From NCBI RefSeq assembly GCF_009914755.1, contig NC_060947.1: DNA of 64,000 bases. One strand, given 5' to 3'. The translations under genes and the position numbers were made by a program. The first letter of the stretch is position 1. Every line of letters begins with the position of its first letter. The notes beneath the pieces were generated by a model, which saw nothing but the letters and a program-made list of their open reading frames with translations, had not been told where the DNA came from and searched no databases. The stretch comes from the human T2T-CHM13v2.0 reference genome, Homo sapiens. Shown in pieces: positions 42,586-56,035 of the stretch.

Positions 42586-42733
42586 GTATAGTGTGTGTAT
42601 ATATATATATATCTCCAAATATATACATATATGTGTATATATATTTCCAAATATATACATGTATACGTGTGTGTGTGTATATATATATATTTCCAAATAT
42701 ATACAAATATGTGTGTGTGTGTGTGTATATATA
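42586..42733. repeat. Complex (TA)/(TG) repeat with recurring TCCAAATATATACA unit
   Basis: Three copies of the unit embedded in dinucleotide tracts. Confidence 0.9.
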
Positions 42734-45639
42734 GTCCTCTTTGCTTTATCAAATCTTTACATGACATATTTGCTTTAGATATATATTTTTTTCCTTTCTA
42801 AGCAATAAAATTTATAGTATAGTTGGGGCACCCTGTGAGTCTTCCTTGTCATGATTTCAGAGTTTATCATTCTTGTGCATGATTTATAACTTTGCTGCAT
42901 AGGCACAGTATCCATAAATAGGATATATTGATTTTGTAGGTCTTTAAACTTTATCACACTGCAAATAACATTCTGAAACTTGCATTTTTTTTCAGTCAAC
43001 ATTATAGTTTTGAGAACTATACACATTGATGAATGTAAACTTAGTTTATTCATTTTTGTGGCAGAAAAGTGTTCTATTGCAGGGTGGCCAACCTTTTTCT
43101 GTAAAGGTATGGAAGAAAAATATTTTAGATTTTGCAGGCCATCTATGGTCTGTGTCACATATTGCAAATCCAAGAAAGAAATAACTTGTATATATCTGAT
43201 AGTAGATTGGATGCCCTGGTACTTTTTTCACTTTATTGGCTTACATTTCTAACAACAATTCCATTTAATGGTTTTCTGCACCAGAGGTCATTTTCAGCTA
43301 TAGTCAGTATAGTATACATAGCTGCTATAGCAACCTAAACAATGGTCCATATGATTGTGTAATGGTGTATGCTTATTATAAGATTATATTAAGTCTACAA
43401 GACTTGAAGGTGGGTTCATATTCATTCCTCCTAAATTAAACCCACCTCCAAATGGGCCAGGGGGGAGAATGCTTCCATCCACCCACCAAGAGTTTTCACT
43501 TAGGTTTGGCTTTGGCATGATGTCGGCTCTGATTTTTTCCTGGAGTTTGTGACCACAAGTCAATGGAAGTTACTTAGTGGTACACAGCGGGAAGACATAT
43601 GCCTCCTACCCACCTCCACACAAGGGTGTCTTGTCAAGGCTGTGCCTGAGTTTAGGGAAACGTGTAACTGCTGCTTATATAGCTATTTGAATAATCCAAT
43701 ATCCAGTATAGACCTTCTGATTCCTCACCCACATCTCTGTAAAGTAAGTAGGTCTTGGTAGTGCTGCATAGAATTAGAGGCACTGAGCAGGTATAATCAC
43801 ACACAGAAGAAGTGATATCCTCACAAGGTCCAAACCATTTATTGTTTATTCTTTATATCCTACCTGTTTCTAAAAGGCTTTCATGTTGTTTACAACCATG
43901 GACACATACCAAACATGACCATAAAATAAGAAGAACAAAAAATAAAGTATTTGAAAAGAGGGAAGGGAAGATAGATTGGGAGGAAAAGTACACTGAGGAT
44001 TATTGTGGTAGTTGAAAAGATTAGTGGAGGTAAGAATGTGCATGCAAATATTTGTGAGTGTCTGTGGTTCAAGGGTTGGCAAAGGGAAAAATACAAGAAA
44101 TTGCTTCAGTCATGGAGGATCTAATGGCCATGCTGAATTATTTACAAGGTTCACTGTACATGAGTAGCTACATTTTAAGAGGATTTGTGATGCCTTGCCC
44201 TACCTGAAAATCTGCAGTAGAATAGAGAAACTCTATCTTGGGATTCTGAGTGGTCTTGCTACCATTTTGCTGTTAGATACCATTTTGCTGCTACCATTTT
44301 GCTGATAGAGGGCCCCATACATGAGTCTAGGATCTTACTTCCTTGATCTGGCTATCTAAAGGAAGAGTTTTTTTGTTTGTTTGTTTGTTTTTTTGGTGTA
44401 ACTCAACTCACTGATGTCCCTTTTCTCTGCCTGAGGCAGGATGATAAGGAAGGAGGACAAGTTGCTAGGGCAGATAGAGGGATCTGCTTCTGCCCCACTT
44501 CTCTCTGATCATTGGTTATTCCTTGAGAGGCAATTCTCAGAAACCAGCTTAGCATAGTGAGGCTTACCCATTCCCGGGTGCCTGACCAGCATGATTTCAG
44601 AAGGTCTTTACATATGAAATATTCACATAATAGAAGACAGACGTGAAATTTGGGCTCAGTGGAAGCAAGGAAGAATTGGACAAATCCTCAAAGTACGCTT
44701 GGTGGATTCTCCAGACTCCTTAGGGTCCTGGGCAGTTTTAAGGGTAGCAGACTCCTTCCTGCCATCAAGTGATAAAAGAGATAAAATGTGGAGCTGAGAC
44801 CACTGCTAGGGAAATAGACTAATTATATTTATTTAGGCAGAAGAGCCTACTGGTTAAGGCTACGATTCTGGAGCAAGACTACTTAGGTTGGAATTCCTGC
44901 TCTGTTAGCTGAGTGATCTCTGGAAAGTTACTTAACATCTCTATGTCTCCACTTTCTCATCTCTATTATGAGGATAATAACAGTATCTACTTTATAGGAT
45001 TGTTGTTAGAATTAAGTGATTCATACCTGTAAAATTCTTACAATAGTCCCTTGTCATGAATTAAGAGTGCAATAATTTTTTGCATAAGAAAGATGAGCTG
45101 GAGGAGATCTTGTCATCCAGGTACTTAGGCAAGAAATCGAAATACAGCTGGGAGAAAAGAACAAAATCACTCAGGACCTCTGAGGATTATAGAGTATACA
45201 GTTATAATCACATCATGTGGGTTGTGAGTGATGGGCCATAGTATTTGTTCTCACAATTCTGAGAACAAAACAAGATATAAATATGTATTGAAGGAAGAGT
45301 CCTCAATTTTTGACTAAACATCTGGTAAACTGGCAGATGTTCAAGAGAGATTTTGGTAACAGTGAGATCTTAGTCAGTAAGACTTTAAGAATTTTCTTTT
45401 AACAGTACTAGGGTATCATACTGGTTATATCTGCAGAATGAGTTTTGCTATAGTAATCTAAATAGGGGTTTATGTAATGTCTATTTTCTACTTGGCATTT
45501 TGCCAGGGTAGGGAAAAATATCTCTGAAACAACTTCATTGTAACAATGAAATGATAGTCCTTTTTGCCTTTAAAAATTGTAATCTAATAAACATTTATCG
45601 AGTGCCTACTAAGTATAGTAATAGTGTACCTAGTTTTTT

Positions 45640-47950
45640 CAAATACATATTATTATTGAAGTATAAAGTACACACAGAAAACTATACTCATCATAAGGGC
45701 AAATCTTGATTTATCACAAAGTAAACTTACTCATGTAGTTCTGTATCCAAGGTGAGAAACAAAAGAGTATCAGAATCCCCAAAAGACTCCTTATGTTTCT
45801 TTTCAGTCACTTTCCTCACCCACCTCCCCCAAAGGTAACCACTAAGCAGAAAGCCGACTTCTCACACTACAGATTATTTTTTCCTGGGTTTTAAAATTTT
45901 ATGTAAATGGAATCAGGGTTCTGGTTTCTTTCACTCACACTGTATTCATGAAAGTTATCCATATTGCAGTTTGTAACAGAAGTTTGTTCCTTAGCATTGC
46001 TGTATAGGATTCCATTGTATGAATATACCGCAATGTATTGATACAGTCTGCTTTTGATTAATATTTAGGTTATTTCCAGATTGTGACTATGACAAATAAT
46101 GCTTCTGTAAATATCCTTGTGCGGGCCTTTTAGTACACATATATATGCAGTTCTGTTGCATGTATATGCAGGAGTAGAACTGCTGGGCTGAAAGCAATGT
46201 CAATGTTTAGCTTCAGTAGAGACTGCAAAGGCAGTTTTACCATTTTACACTCCCATAAGCAGTGTATGAGAGTTCCAGTTGCTCCATATCCTTGCCAGCA
46301 CTTGGTTTTACTTTTTGTGATGGAGTAGATGTATAGTATCTCATTGTAGTTTGAATTTGCATTTATGACTAATGAACTAATTTTCTTTTCATGTCTTTAG
46401 TGGCCATTTTAGGGGTATGTTTGTGTGTGTGTATGTGCATGCATACACATGTGTGAAATGACTGTTCAGGTATTTTCGCTCATTACAAAACTGAGTTGTA
46501 TTTACCCTTTTGGTCCTTGTTCATACCTTCTTGTATCTCCATGCTTCCACATAGGATCATTTCTTGTGGGCCTGAAATACTACTTTTAACATCTCTCCTT
46601 TAGTGCAGATCTGCTGGTGACAAATTCCCTCTCCTCATTTTTGTTTTGACAGAAAATGTATTTCTTTTCCCTTCATCTTTGGGACTGTGTTACTTCCTAC
46701 TTTTAGATTATCATTCATCTTCCAGCTTCCATTATTTCTGTTGAGATGCTACTGTCCTCTGTCATTATTGTTACTCGTTTGAAGTTCATCTGTCTACTTA
46801 TACTTTCTGACTGCTTTTAAAGACTTTCTCTTTGACTTTGGTGTTCAGCAATTTTAACATGATATGCTTAGTTGTGGTTTTCTTCATATTTACCTACTTG
46901 AGTTTTGTAGCATTTCCTCAATCTGTGGTTTGATATTTTAGCAGTTTGAGAAAATTCTCAGCCTTCATTGCTTCACATATTATGTCAGAGCCATTCTTTT
47001 CTCTCTCTTTCTCTCTTTCTCTCTCTCTTTTTCTCTATCTGGGACATTTCCACTCTACTGTAAGTTTTTCATGCTTTTTCTTTCTCCATTTGAGTGTTTT
47101 CTTCTGACCTACCTTCTAGTGAGTACTAATTATCTTTATAGCTGTATCTAATCTGCTATTAAACCTGTTTATTTCTTAATTGTAATTATGGTATTTTTTT
47201 AGTTCTAGAATTGTCATTTGAGTTTTTAAAATAGTTTCCAGTCTCTGATAAGTTCCCAATTTTGTCACACAATTTTAAAATCATATAAATTATAGTTATT
47301 TTAAGTCCATGTCAGATTATTACAAAATCTGTATCTCCTACAGGTCTATTTTTATTATCTATTATTATTTTTGGATTTTGGCCATTTTTTGTTGTTGGCA
47401 TACCATGTTATTTTTAATTTAATGCCAGGTATTTGTAAGAAAAAAACTAGAGAAAATTTGAGGCTCTGCATGAACTATCTTTCTCCAGGAAGATTTTGCT
47501 TTTGTTTATGGCAGTCAGATGGACTAGATGCAGATCAACTTGACTCAGTCATGACTTGAGATGGTTGAAATCTATATCAATCTTTGCGAGGGCTTAATCT
47601 CTTTCCAGTCATCCTTACTCCTGATGTCCTTTGAGTTTCTACTAGAAAGCTTTGGGTGTACACCAGGATCATTATGGGGCCTGAATGTCAATATTTGCTC
47701 CCATACCCACCAGCTTTGAGAGATTTCTATAAGTTGTATTCATATTATTTGTTTCTTAGTACTCATTTTCATTTGGGAAAATGTCTTGAGGGAAAAGGCA
47801 GCTTCAGAATTTTCTCGAGAGATTTTTTTTTTCTTTCAAAAGTCTTAGCCCCAGGAGTACTCACTGCTTTGGAAGATCTCTGATGCCTTTGAACAGATGT
47901 TTGCCTAGTTGTTCTTGACAGAAATAATGGATTAAACAAGCTAATCTGCC
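45640..47950 (-). mobile_element. Old L1 (L1M) fragments
   Basis: cagtgtatgagagttccagttgctccatatccttgccagcacttgg and other L1 3' motifs. Confidence 0.7.
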
Positions 47951-48084
47951 ATGCTAGTATGGAAATCTTTTGCTTTTTGATGCCTTTTTTAGGGAATTCA
48001 AAAAGCATGAGAAAATAAAATTGGACTTTTTTGTCATTTTAAATGTTTGTTGATGGCCACAAGGCTAATTACTGTTTTATCCTT

Positions 48085-48852
48085 TTTTTCTTTTCCTTTT
48101 TTCTATCTTATGAATTTCAGAGGTACAAGTAGTTTTGTTACATGAATTTATTGCATAGTGGTGAAGTCTGGGCTTCTACTTCTTCCGTCACCCAAATAAT
48201 GTACATTGTACATTAAGTACATTAAGTACAATGTACATTAAGTAATTTCTTATCCTTTACCACCCTCCCAAGTCTCCAGTGTCTATCATTTCACACTGTA
48301 TGTCCATGTGTACACATTATTTAGCTCCCACTAAGTGAGAATATATGGTATTTGACTCTTCTGAATTGGTTCACCTAGGATAATGGCCTCTGGTTCCGTC
48401 CATGTTACTGCAAAAGACATTTCATTCTCTTTTTATGACTGAGTAGTATTCCATTATATATCGCATTTTCTTTATACAGTCATCCATTGACAGACACATA
48501 GTTTGATTCCATATCTTTACTATTGTAAATAGTGCTACGATAAACATATGAGTGCAGGTATCATTTTAATATGGTTTATTTTTCTTTGGGTAGATGCCCA
48601 GTAGTAGGATTTCTTGATTAAATGGTAGTTCTGTATTTAGTTCTTTGAGAAATCTTCACACTGTTTTACATAGATCTTCTATTCATTTTACACTCCCACC
48701 AACAGTGTATAAGTGTTCCCTTTTCTCCCATCCTTGCCAACATCTGTTATTTTTATTACTTTTTTATAATAGCCATTCTGACTGGTATAAAATGATATCT
48801 CATTATGGCATTAATTTGCATTTTCTGATGATTAGTGATGTTGAGCATTTTT
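48085..48852 (-). mobile_element. L1MA-like 3' fragment
   Basis: cattttacactcccaccaacagtgtataag...gatgttgagcattt. Confidence 0.8.
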
Positions 48853-48989
48853 AACATTTTATTCTATAATATATATTTGGTCTATGCAGATCTGGCCTTT
48901 GAATTCTGACACACTTTTTGGGATACCTATAGGACAATGTGAAATCTATTATAAGTTTGATTCATAGTTAAGAATGAAAAGCAACCACA

Positions 48990-49755
48990 AAATATATACA
49001 AATGGCCAATACCCACATGAAAATAGGCTGGAAATTATTAGTCATCAGGGAAATGCAAATCAAAATCACAAGATACAATTTCACACCCATTAGAATGGCT
49101 AGAATAAAAAAGTTAGATAATAAGAAATGTTGATGAAGATGTGGAAAAATTGGAATCCTCATAGACTAATGGTTGAAATATGAAATGGTGCAACCTACTT
49201 TGGAAAACACTATGGCAGTTCCTTCGACAACTAAACATTACGTTACCATATTACCTAGCAACTCCACTTCTATAAACTCAAGAGAAAAGAAAATATATGT
49301 TCACACAAAAATTTGCACATGAATGTTCATAACAGCACTATTCACAATAGCCAAAAGGTAGAAACTATCCAAATGTTTATCAACTGATGAATGGACCATG
49401 TCTTGTATATCCATACAATGGAATATTATTTGGCCATAAAAAGGAATGAAGTACTGATACATGCTACAACATGGATGAACCTTAGAAACCTTATGGTGAG
49501 TGAAAGAAACCAGTCACCCAATACCACATATTCTATTATGTTATTCATATGAAAGTCCAGAATAGGGAAAATTTTAAAGATAAAAAATGTATCAGTGGTT
49601 TCTTAGGACCAGTGGGGGCAAAATTGATAGCTAAAGTATATGGGGTTTCTTTTTGAGGTGATGAAAACTTTTTAAAATTGACTGGTGATGGTTGCACTTA
49701 TATGCGAATATTTAAAAATCATTAAATTGTTCACTTTAAATGTTTGTGAATTATA
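48990..49755 (+). mobile_element. L1MB-like 3' fragment
   Basis: gggaaatgcaaatcaaaatcac...ggaatgaagtactgatacatgctacaacatggatgaacc. Confidence 0.8.
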
Positions 49756-51859
49756 GCTTCATTATTATAGAAATTTTTCAACATACAAAAAGATTGAGAG
49801 GATGTTATAATGAACCCCCATGCATCTATCACGTCTTCAACAATTATGTGTTTTTACCAATGAAGGATTTTTTTTAAGATGCAGCTGACATAGGCAGATT
49901 CATACACTAGGGGAAAAGAGTCAGGATTAAGAGAGTAGTTGAAAATTTAGAAGGGAAAGATGATAATTGATACAGCAAAGTTTTTGAGGAGGCAAGTGAT
50001 AGAGTGTAGTGCAGGTGGGGAGATCCCGGCTCCAGATCGTAAGAAAGACTCTTTGTTCACTGAGTTGAAAGAAAACAGATAAAAATTACTGTCTCTCAGA
50101 AATCTGTTGAAAATTCTAATTTTCAGAAGCTTGCTTTGCTAACTTCCTCCAGTTTCCCTCTGCCACTGCACTCCATATCCCCTTTGGCTTCGCCAGTTAC
50201 CTCTTTGAAGTCATTCACTAATTTTTTTGAAAAGTCTATTCCATAAAAGCATTTCATGAGTTCAGTCATTTTACTGAAGATTCAATGTCTACAGAGAGTA
50301 ATCATAATACAGAAAACAACCATCTACCATCCTCCATCTTACAGCCAGACTCTGTTATTTCTCTAAAGCAACAGACACACTGTTCCCTTGTACTATAAAT
50401 AGAATTGCTTTCCTAAGAGGAATTCTGGGGAAGAAAATATTCTCCATAACTTTACATAGAGATTAAGTTTTTGGTGGCAAGTCAGGAAATGAACAAATCC
50501 ATGCCTAGTGACAATTAATTTCTCTGTGAATTAGGAAGGTTCATCTGGAAAGAGTTCATTTGGCTGGAATTGGGTAGGAGGAAGCTTTAGAAGTATGCCA
50601 AGGGTTTGAAATATTGCCAAAGCCTTCCTTTTAGCTTTACTTAAAGTAATGTCTTCCCTTCTAATAATAATGAAAACAGCAAAATGCCTCCATCCATACA
50701 CACCCCTAGGAAATGAGATTAGGATTACTAGGGGATGTTAGACTTCTGTGAAATGCCACTTAAATAGGCAGTACTGCCAATTTATCCCCTTTTGTGTTGG
50801 CTCTGTGAAGATAAGGTTGGGAAATATTGTCAGGGAACTTTTCTCCATTTAAGTCTGAATCAGTAGGTATTTGCATGAGCATCATTCTCATCGTTCATTA
50901 GATGACAGCTTAATTATAGAGCTGGAAATGTACATTGGAATCATTTTGTACAAGCTTCTTGTCTCCCAAATGTGTCTCCCTCCCTGACCCCATTTCTATC
51001 TGTGACATTTTGTAGTGAGCACCCAACAGTAGCAATGATAATTAAAGCCAATGATTTCAAAATATTTTTTATGCATTCTCAGAAGGTTTCTGTGGTTGAT
51101 TACTACTAGACACCAACTGGGTAATAATTGCCTAATTCTCTTGATAGAGAAAAAGATGTAATTTGGAAATAATTGACTGAACAAGAGAAAAATGGATAGA
51201 TACTAGAAAAAATTATGTGGGCCATAGTATTGCTTAAAGCAATAAATATTTTGGAGTTAAAATACCATAAATATAACAATATAAATACTGTACATGTGTG
51301 ACTACTTACCTTAGATTGTAATAATTTATGCTTAGCTCATCTTCTGCACTTAAAATATTTTTCTTATACTGGAGAAAACATAAGGACTATGAAAAAATGA
51401 TTTAATAATGGATCCTTAGAGTTTGGAAATTTGTAACCACACATACATGTATAAGTAATATACAAAGTATATCACTAATATGTTCTGCTTTACAATGCTC
51501 CATTGAATTAGCCTCTCAGGAAAAATAACTTAGTGCAATTACTTCCCAGTCAACTCAGGTAATGGTGTTTCTACCTTTTAAATTTGATTAGTAGATTCCA
51601 GTCTTTCCAGTGAATGACATCATTAATTAAACTCAGTGCCAAAAGACTATGAGAAAAACTGATGCTTTGAGTAAGAGTGAGCTTCTCTCCCAGGCAAATA
51701 AATACCAAAGCTTCAGAGTTTTTATGTCTAATTATAGATGTTTTTCCATTTATTCGTAAATAGGAAAAACCTTTATTCCTATACATTTTAAATTGTACAT
51801 TTAGATAGAGACAATTATGTTACATGGACAGAATTACATAGAATTGAATTTTAAGAATC

Positions 51860-53890
51860 AAGCATGGATAAAGCTACAACAATCAAGACAGTGTAGTAGT
51901 GGCAAAAGAACAGACAAATAGATCAATGGAACAGAATAGAGAGCCTATAAATAGACCCACATAAAAACAGTCAACTGATCTTTGACAAAAGAACAAAAAC
52001 AATACAATGGAGAAATGATAATTTTTAAAATTCTAGACACAGACCTTACACCCTTCACAAAAAATTAACCTGAAATGGCTCACAGACCTAAATACAGAAT
52101 ACAAAACTATAAAATTCCTAGAAGATAACATAGGAGAAAATCTAGGTGACTTTGGATTTGATGATTGCTTTGTAGATACAACACCAAAGGCATGATCCAT
52201 AAAAGAAAGAACTAATAATCTGAACTTCATTAAAATTAAAAATTCCTGCTCTGCAGAAGACGCTCTCAAGAGAATAAAAAGACAAACCACAGACTGAAAA
52301 AATATATTTGCAAAAGACTTATCTGATAAAGGGCTTTTATGCAAAATGTACAAAGAACCCTTAAAACTCAACAATAAGAAAACAAACAATCAAGTAAAAA
52401 AAAAAATGGGCCAAAGACCTTAACAGATACCTTGCCAAAGATGGACAAGATGGCAAATAAGCATATGAAAATATACTCCACATTATATGTTATCAGGGAA
52501 ATACAAATTAAAACAATAATGAGGTACCACTATATACCTATTGGAATGGAATATCATTTAGGCTTGAAAAATAAGGAAATTTTGCCATTTCTCAACAACG
52601 TGAATGAACCTGGAAGATATTATGCTAAGTGAGATAAGCTAGACACAGAAAGAAATATACTGCATGATCTCATTTATATGTGTAATCTAAAAAAGTCAAA
52701 TTGATAGAACCAGAGAATCGAATGGTAGTTACTAGGGGCAGGAATGGCTCTGGGAAATAGGGTGATGATGGTCAAAGGATACAAAGTTTCAGTTATGTCA
52801 GATAAATAAGTTCTAGAGATCTAATATACAGCATGGTGACTGTAGTTAATAATACCTGAAATTTGCTAAGTGTTCTCACACAGAAAAGGTAACTATGTGA
52901 GGTGATAGATATATTAGCTTGACTATAGTCATCATTTTACAGTATATATGTATAACAAAATATTATGTTGTACACTTTAAATATATTGGCAAAAATCCAG
53001 AACACTGACTACAGAAAATACTGGTGGGGATGTGGAGCGATAGGAACTCTCATTCATAGCTGTTGAGAATGCAAAATGGTACAGTCATTTTGGAATACAG
53101 TTGGGAGGTTTCTTATAAAATTACACATGCTCTTACCCTGCGATCCAGCAAACAAATCACACCCATTGGTATTTACCCTAAGGAGTTGAAAACTTATGCC
53201 CCTCCAAAAATCTACATATGGATGTTTATAACAAATTTATTCATAACTGTCAAAACCTAGAAGCAACCAAGATGTCCTTTAACAAGTGAATGGATAAATA
53301 AATTGTGGTACATCCAGATAATGGACTATTATTCAGCACTAAAAAGAAATTGGCTGTCAAGTCATGAGGAGATATGGTGAAGAAAACTTAAATGTATGTT
53401 ACTAAGTGAAAAAAGTCAATCTAAGAAGGCCACATATTGTATGATTCCAACTATATAACATTCTGGAAAACGTAAAACTATGGAGACAATAAAAAGATCA
53501 GTGGTTTCCAGGAGCTGGAGACTAGGGAGGGATGAATAGGTGGAGAACAGAGGATTTTTACACAGTGAAACTACTCTGTATGATACTGTAATGGTGGCTA
53601 CATGTCATTATACATTTGTCCAATGTGTAATGTCCAATGCACCCATAGGATGTACAATGCCAAGAGTGAGCCCTAATGTAAATGTAAACTTTGGATGATA
53701 ATGATCTGTCAGTATAGGTTCATCAGTTGTAAAAAAATGTACCACTCTGGTGGGGGATGTTGATAATGGGGGTTGTTGATAATGCTTGTGTGGGGTCAGG
53801 GAATATATGGGAAATCTCTGTACCTTCTGCTCAACTTTACTGTGAACCTAAAACTACTCTAAAAAATAAAGTTTATTAAAATGAATAAAT
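51860..53890 (+). mobile_element. L1M ORF2/3' UTR fragment with a nested L1 3' piece (~52545-52985)
   Basis: Decayed ORF2 motifs (gatcaatggaacagaatagaga; aactgatctttgacaaa) and A-rich end. Confidence 0.8.
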
Positions 53891-54679
53891 AAACATTTCA
53901 AGATATTTTTAAAAAATGAAGCAGCAGGCATGGAAGGGTATTATCTCAATTTTATGGGTGAGAAAACAGAACCCAGAGAGGTTGCCATTTTTTCAGTGTA
54001 AACTGGTGAGACAAGAAAAAAACGAGAGCCAGGCTGTCGGTTCCTAACTCATAGCCCTGCTTCCCATCCTTCCTTGTGCCAGTATTTAGAGATGTTGGCA
54101 GCCTGTAGTAAGTGATTATATTTCAGTTTTGACCACAGTCTACTTATGGGTTGGCATCATATATCTTAGATAGTACAACTCAAGGCCAACAGTGCTGTGC
54201 TCTGGAATGTAATACCACGTTCCATTTAAATGAGCTACATCTTGTCTCCCCAAACTTCTGCTTCTATTATAAACTGGATAAACCCATTACCCATAAGTCA
54301 TTTTAAGAAATAAACAGAGTTGAAACTTCTTGAAACACTAAGGACTTTCAGCCCAAGACAGATAGACTCTCAGTAACAGTGAAGTTCTCGTTTCTTCAGC
54401 TCCCCACAGAATTTAAGAATGCAACCACAGTGAGTATTCTATAGTCAGTGTATCAGTTTAAAAGATCCTGCAGATATAGAGGAACATACTGAGCAACTTA
54501 TTACTGTTTGTATATCTACTGCTGGTATGTGCTGAGGGACATCAAAAGGAAATATCAGATTTGGTTGGTCGGTCTTGATTCCCCAGAAGCTTAGAAGCCA
54601 ATTGAGGAAACAAAACACACCATGTAAAGGACTCTACATATTCAGACAGGCCCAGATGAGGTCAGGAATGTATTTTAGT

Positions 54680-55155
54680 GTGAGTTACCCTGAAGCAGGC
54701 CCTACGAGAAGAATTTGAGTGCATATATCTGGGGAGGAAGATGTAAGGAGTGTGGAAGAAGAGAAATGAGGCAGGGAAGGGAAGGCAGCCAATAAAGGGA
54801 GACAACTATTAGACAACTATCACCATGCGTGACTAGAAGTTAATCCAAAGAGCAAATACTAGGAAATGTCATAGAACACATGCCTCAGAGATATTCTCTC
54901 TGATGGATGGGGAAGCCATAGTACTTGTATTCCAGCTCCTAATCTGGGCTGGAATTGGGGCATTGAGGGCGCTCTCGGGAGTATTAATTCTTGGCACTTC
55001 AGCCTGACAGGCACCTGGATGCAGCAGCTTTCTGCAGTTCTGGAAAACATACTCAAGCACAGTGGGCAGATGCTAACAACTGGAAGTCAGGCTGTGCACA
55101 TAAAACAGAAGAGTCCAAGGAATGCGGGTGGGGTGCTGACAGAGTGTCTGCTGCA
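54680..55155. mobile_element. Old LTR remnant just upstream of the exon 3 acceptor
   Basis: Resembles ERVL/MaLR LTR; family uncertain. Confidence 0.4.
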
Positions 55156-55208
55156 GTAGGATTCCTAGTGGAGGTGAGACTTGATGATACTCTCTCTTTT
55201 CTCCCCAG

Positions 55209-56035
55209 GTCTCCTCATGACCATATCCCTGTTGTCCATTGTGTATGGAGCCTTGCGCTGCAACATCCTAGCCATCAAAATCAAGTACGATGAGTATGAA
55301 GTCAAAGTGAAGCCTCTGGCCTATGTCTGTATCTTCCTGTGGAGGAGCTTTGAGATTGCCACTCGAGTTGTAGTCCTGGTCCTCTTTACCTCCGTCCTGA
55401 AGACCTGGGTGGTGGTTATAATACTCATCAACTTCTTCAGTTTCTTCTTGTACCCCTGGATCCTCTTCTGGTGCAGTGGTTCCCCATTCCCTGAGAACAT
55501 AGAGAAGGCCCTCAGTAGAGTGGGCACCACCATTGTACTATGCTTTCTAACTTTACTCTATACTGGTATCAACATGTTCTGCTGGTCTGCTGTACAGCTG
55601 AAAATTGACAGCCCTGACCTCATCAGCAAGTCCCATAATTGGTACCAGCTACTGGTGTATTACATGATAAGATTCATCGAGAATGCCATCCTCCTCCTCC
55701 TGTGGTATCTTTTCAAGACTGACATCTATATGTATGTGTGCGCACCTCTGTTGGTCCTGCAGCTGCTCATTGGGTACTGCACAGCCATTCTCTTCATGCT
55801 TGTATTCTATCAGTTCTTCCACCCTTGCAAAAAGCTCTTTTCTTCCAGTGTTTCTGAAGGCTTTCAGAGGTGGCTCAGGTGTTTTTGCTGGGCCTGCAGG
55901 CAGCAAAAACCCTGTGAGCCGATAGGAAAGGAAGATCTACAGTCATCCAGAGATAGAGATGAGACACCTTCTAGCAGTAAAACAAGTCCTGAGCCTGGTC
56001 AGTTCTTGAATGCTGAAGATCTCTGCTCTGCTTAA
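55209..56035 (+). CDS. XK: XK coding exon 3
   Basis: ctccccAG acceptor; [19 protein letters not shown]...[10 protein letters not shown]; total CDS 1335 nt; Cys347 codon 55739-55741 (Kell disulfide residue); R222, C294, E327 present. Confidence 0.98.

Noticed and set aside
42552-42801. Y/I/V/C-rich ORFs
   Set aside because: Translation of TA/TG repeats
52033-53260. ORFs in L1 region
   Set aside because: Decayed L1 ORF2 and antisense fragments with stops and frameshifts
55181-55208. ORF-track N-terminal extension [10 protein letters not shown]
   Set aside because: Intronic polypyrimidine tract; exon 3 begins at 55209
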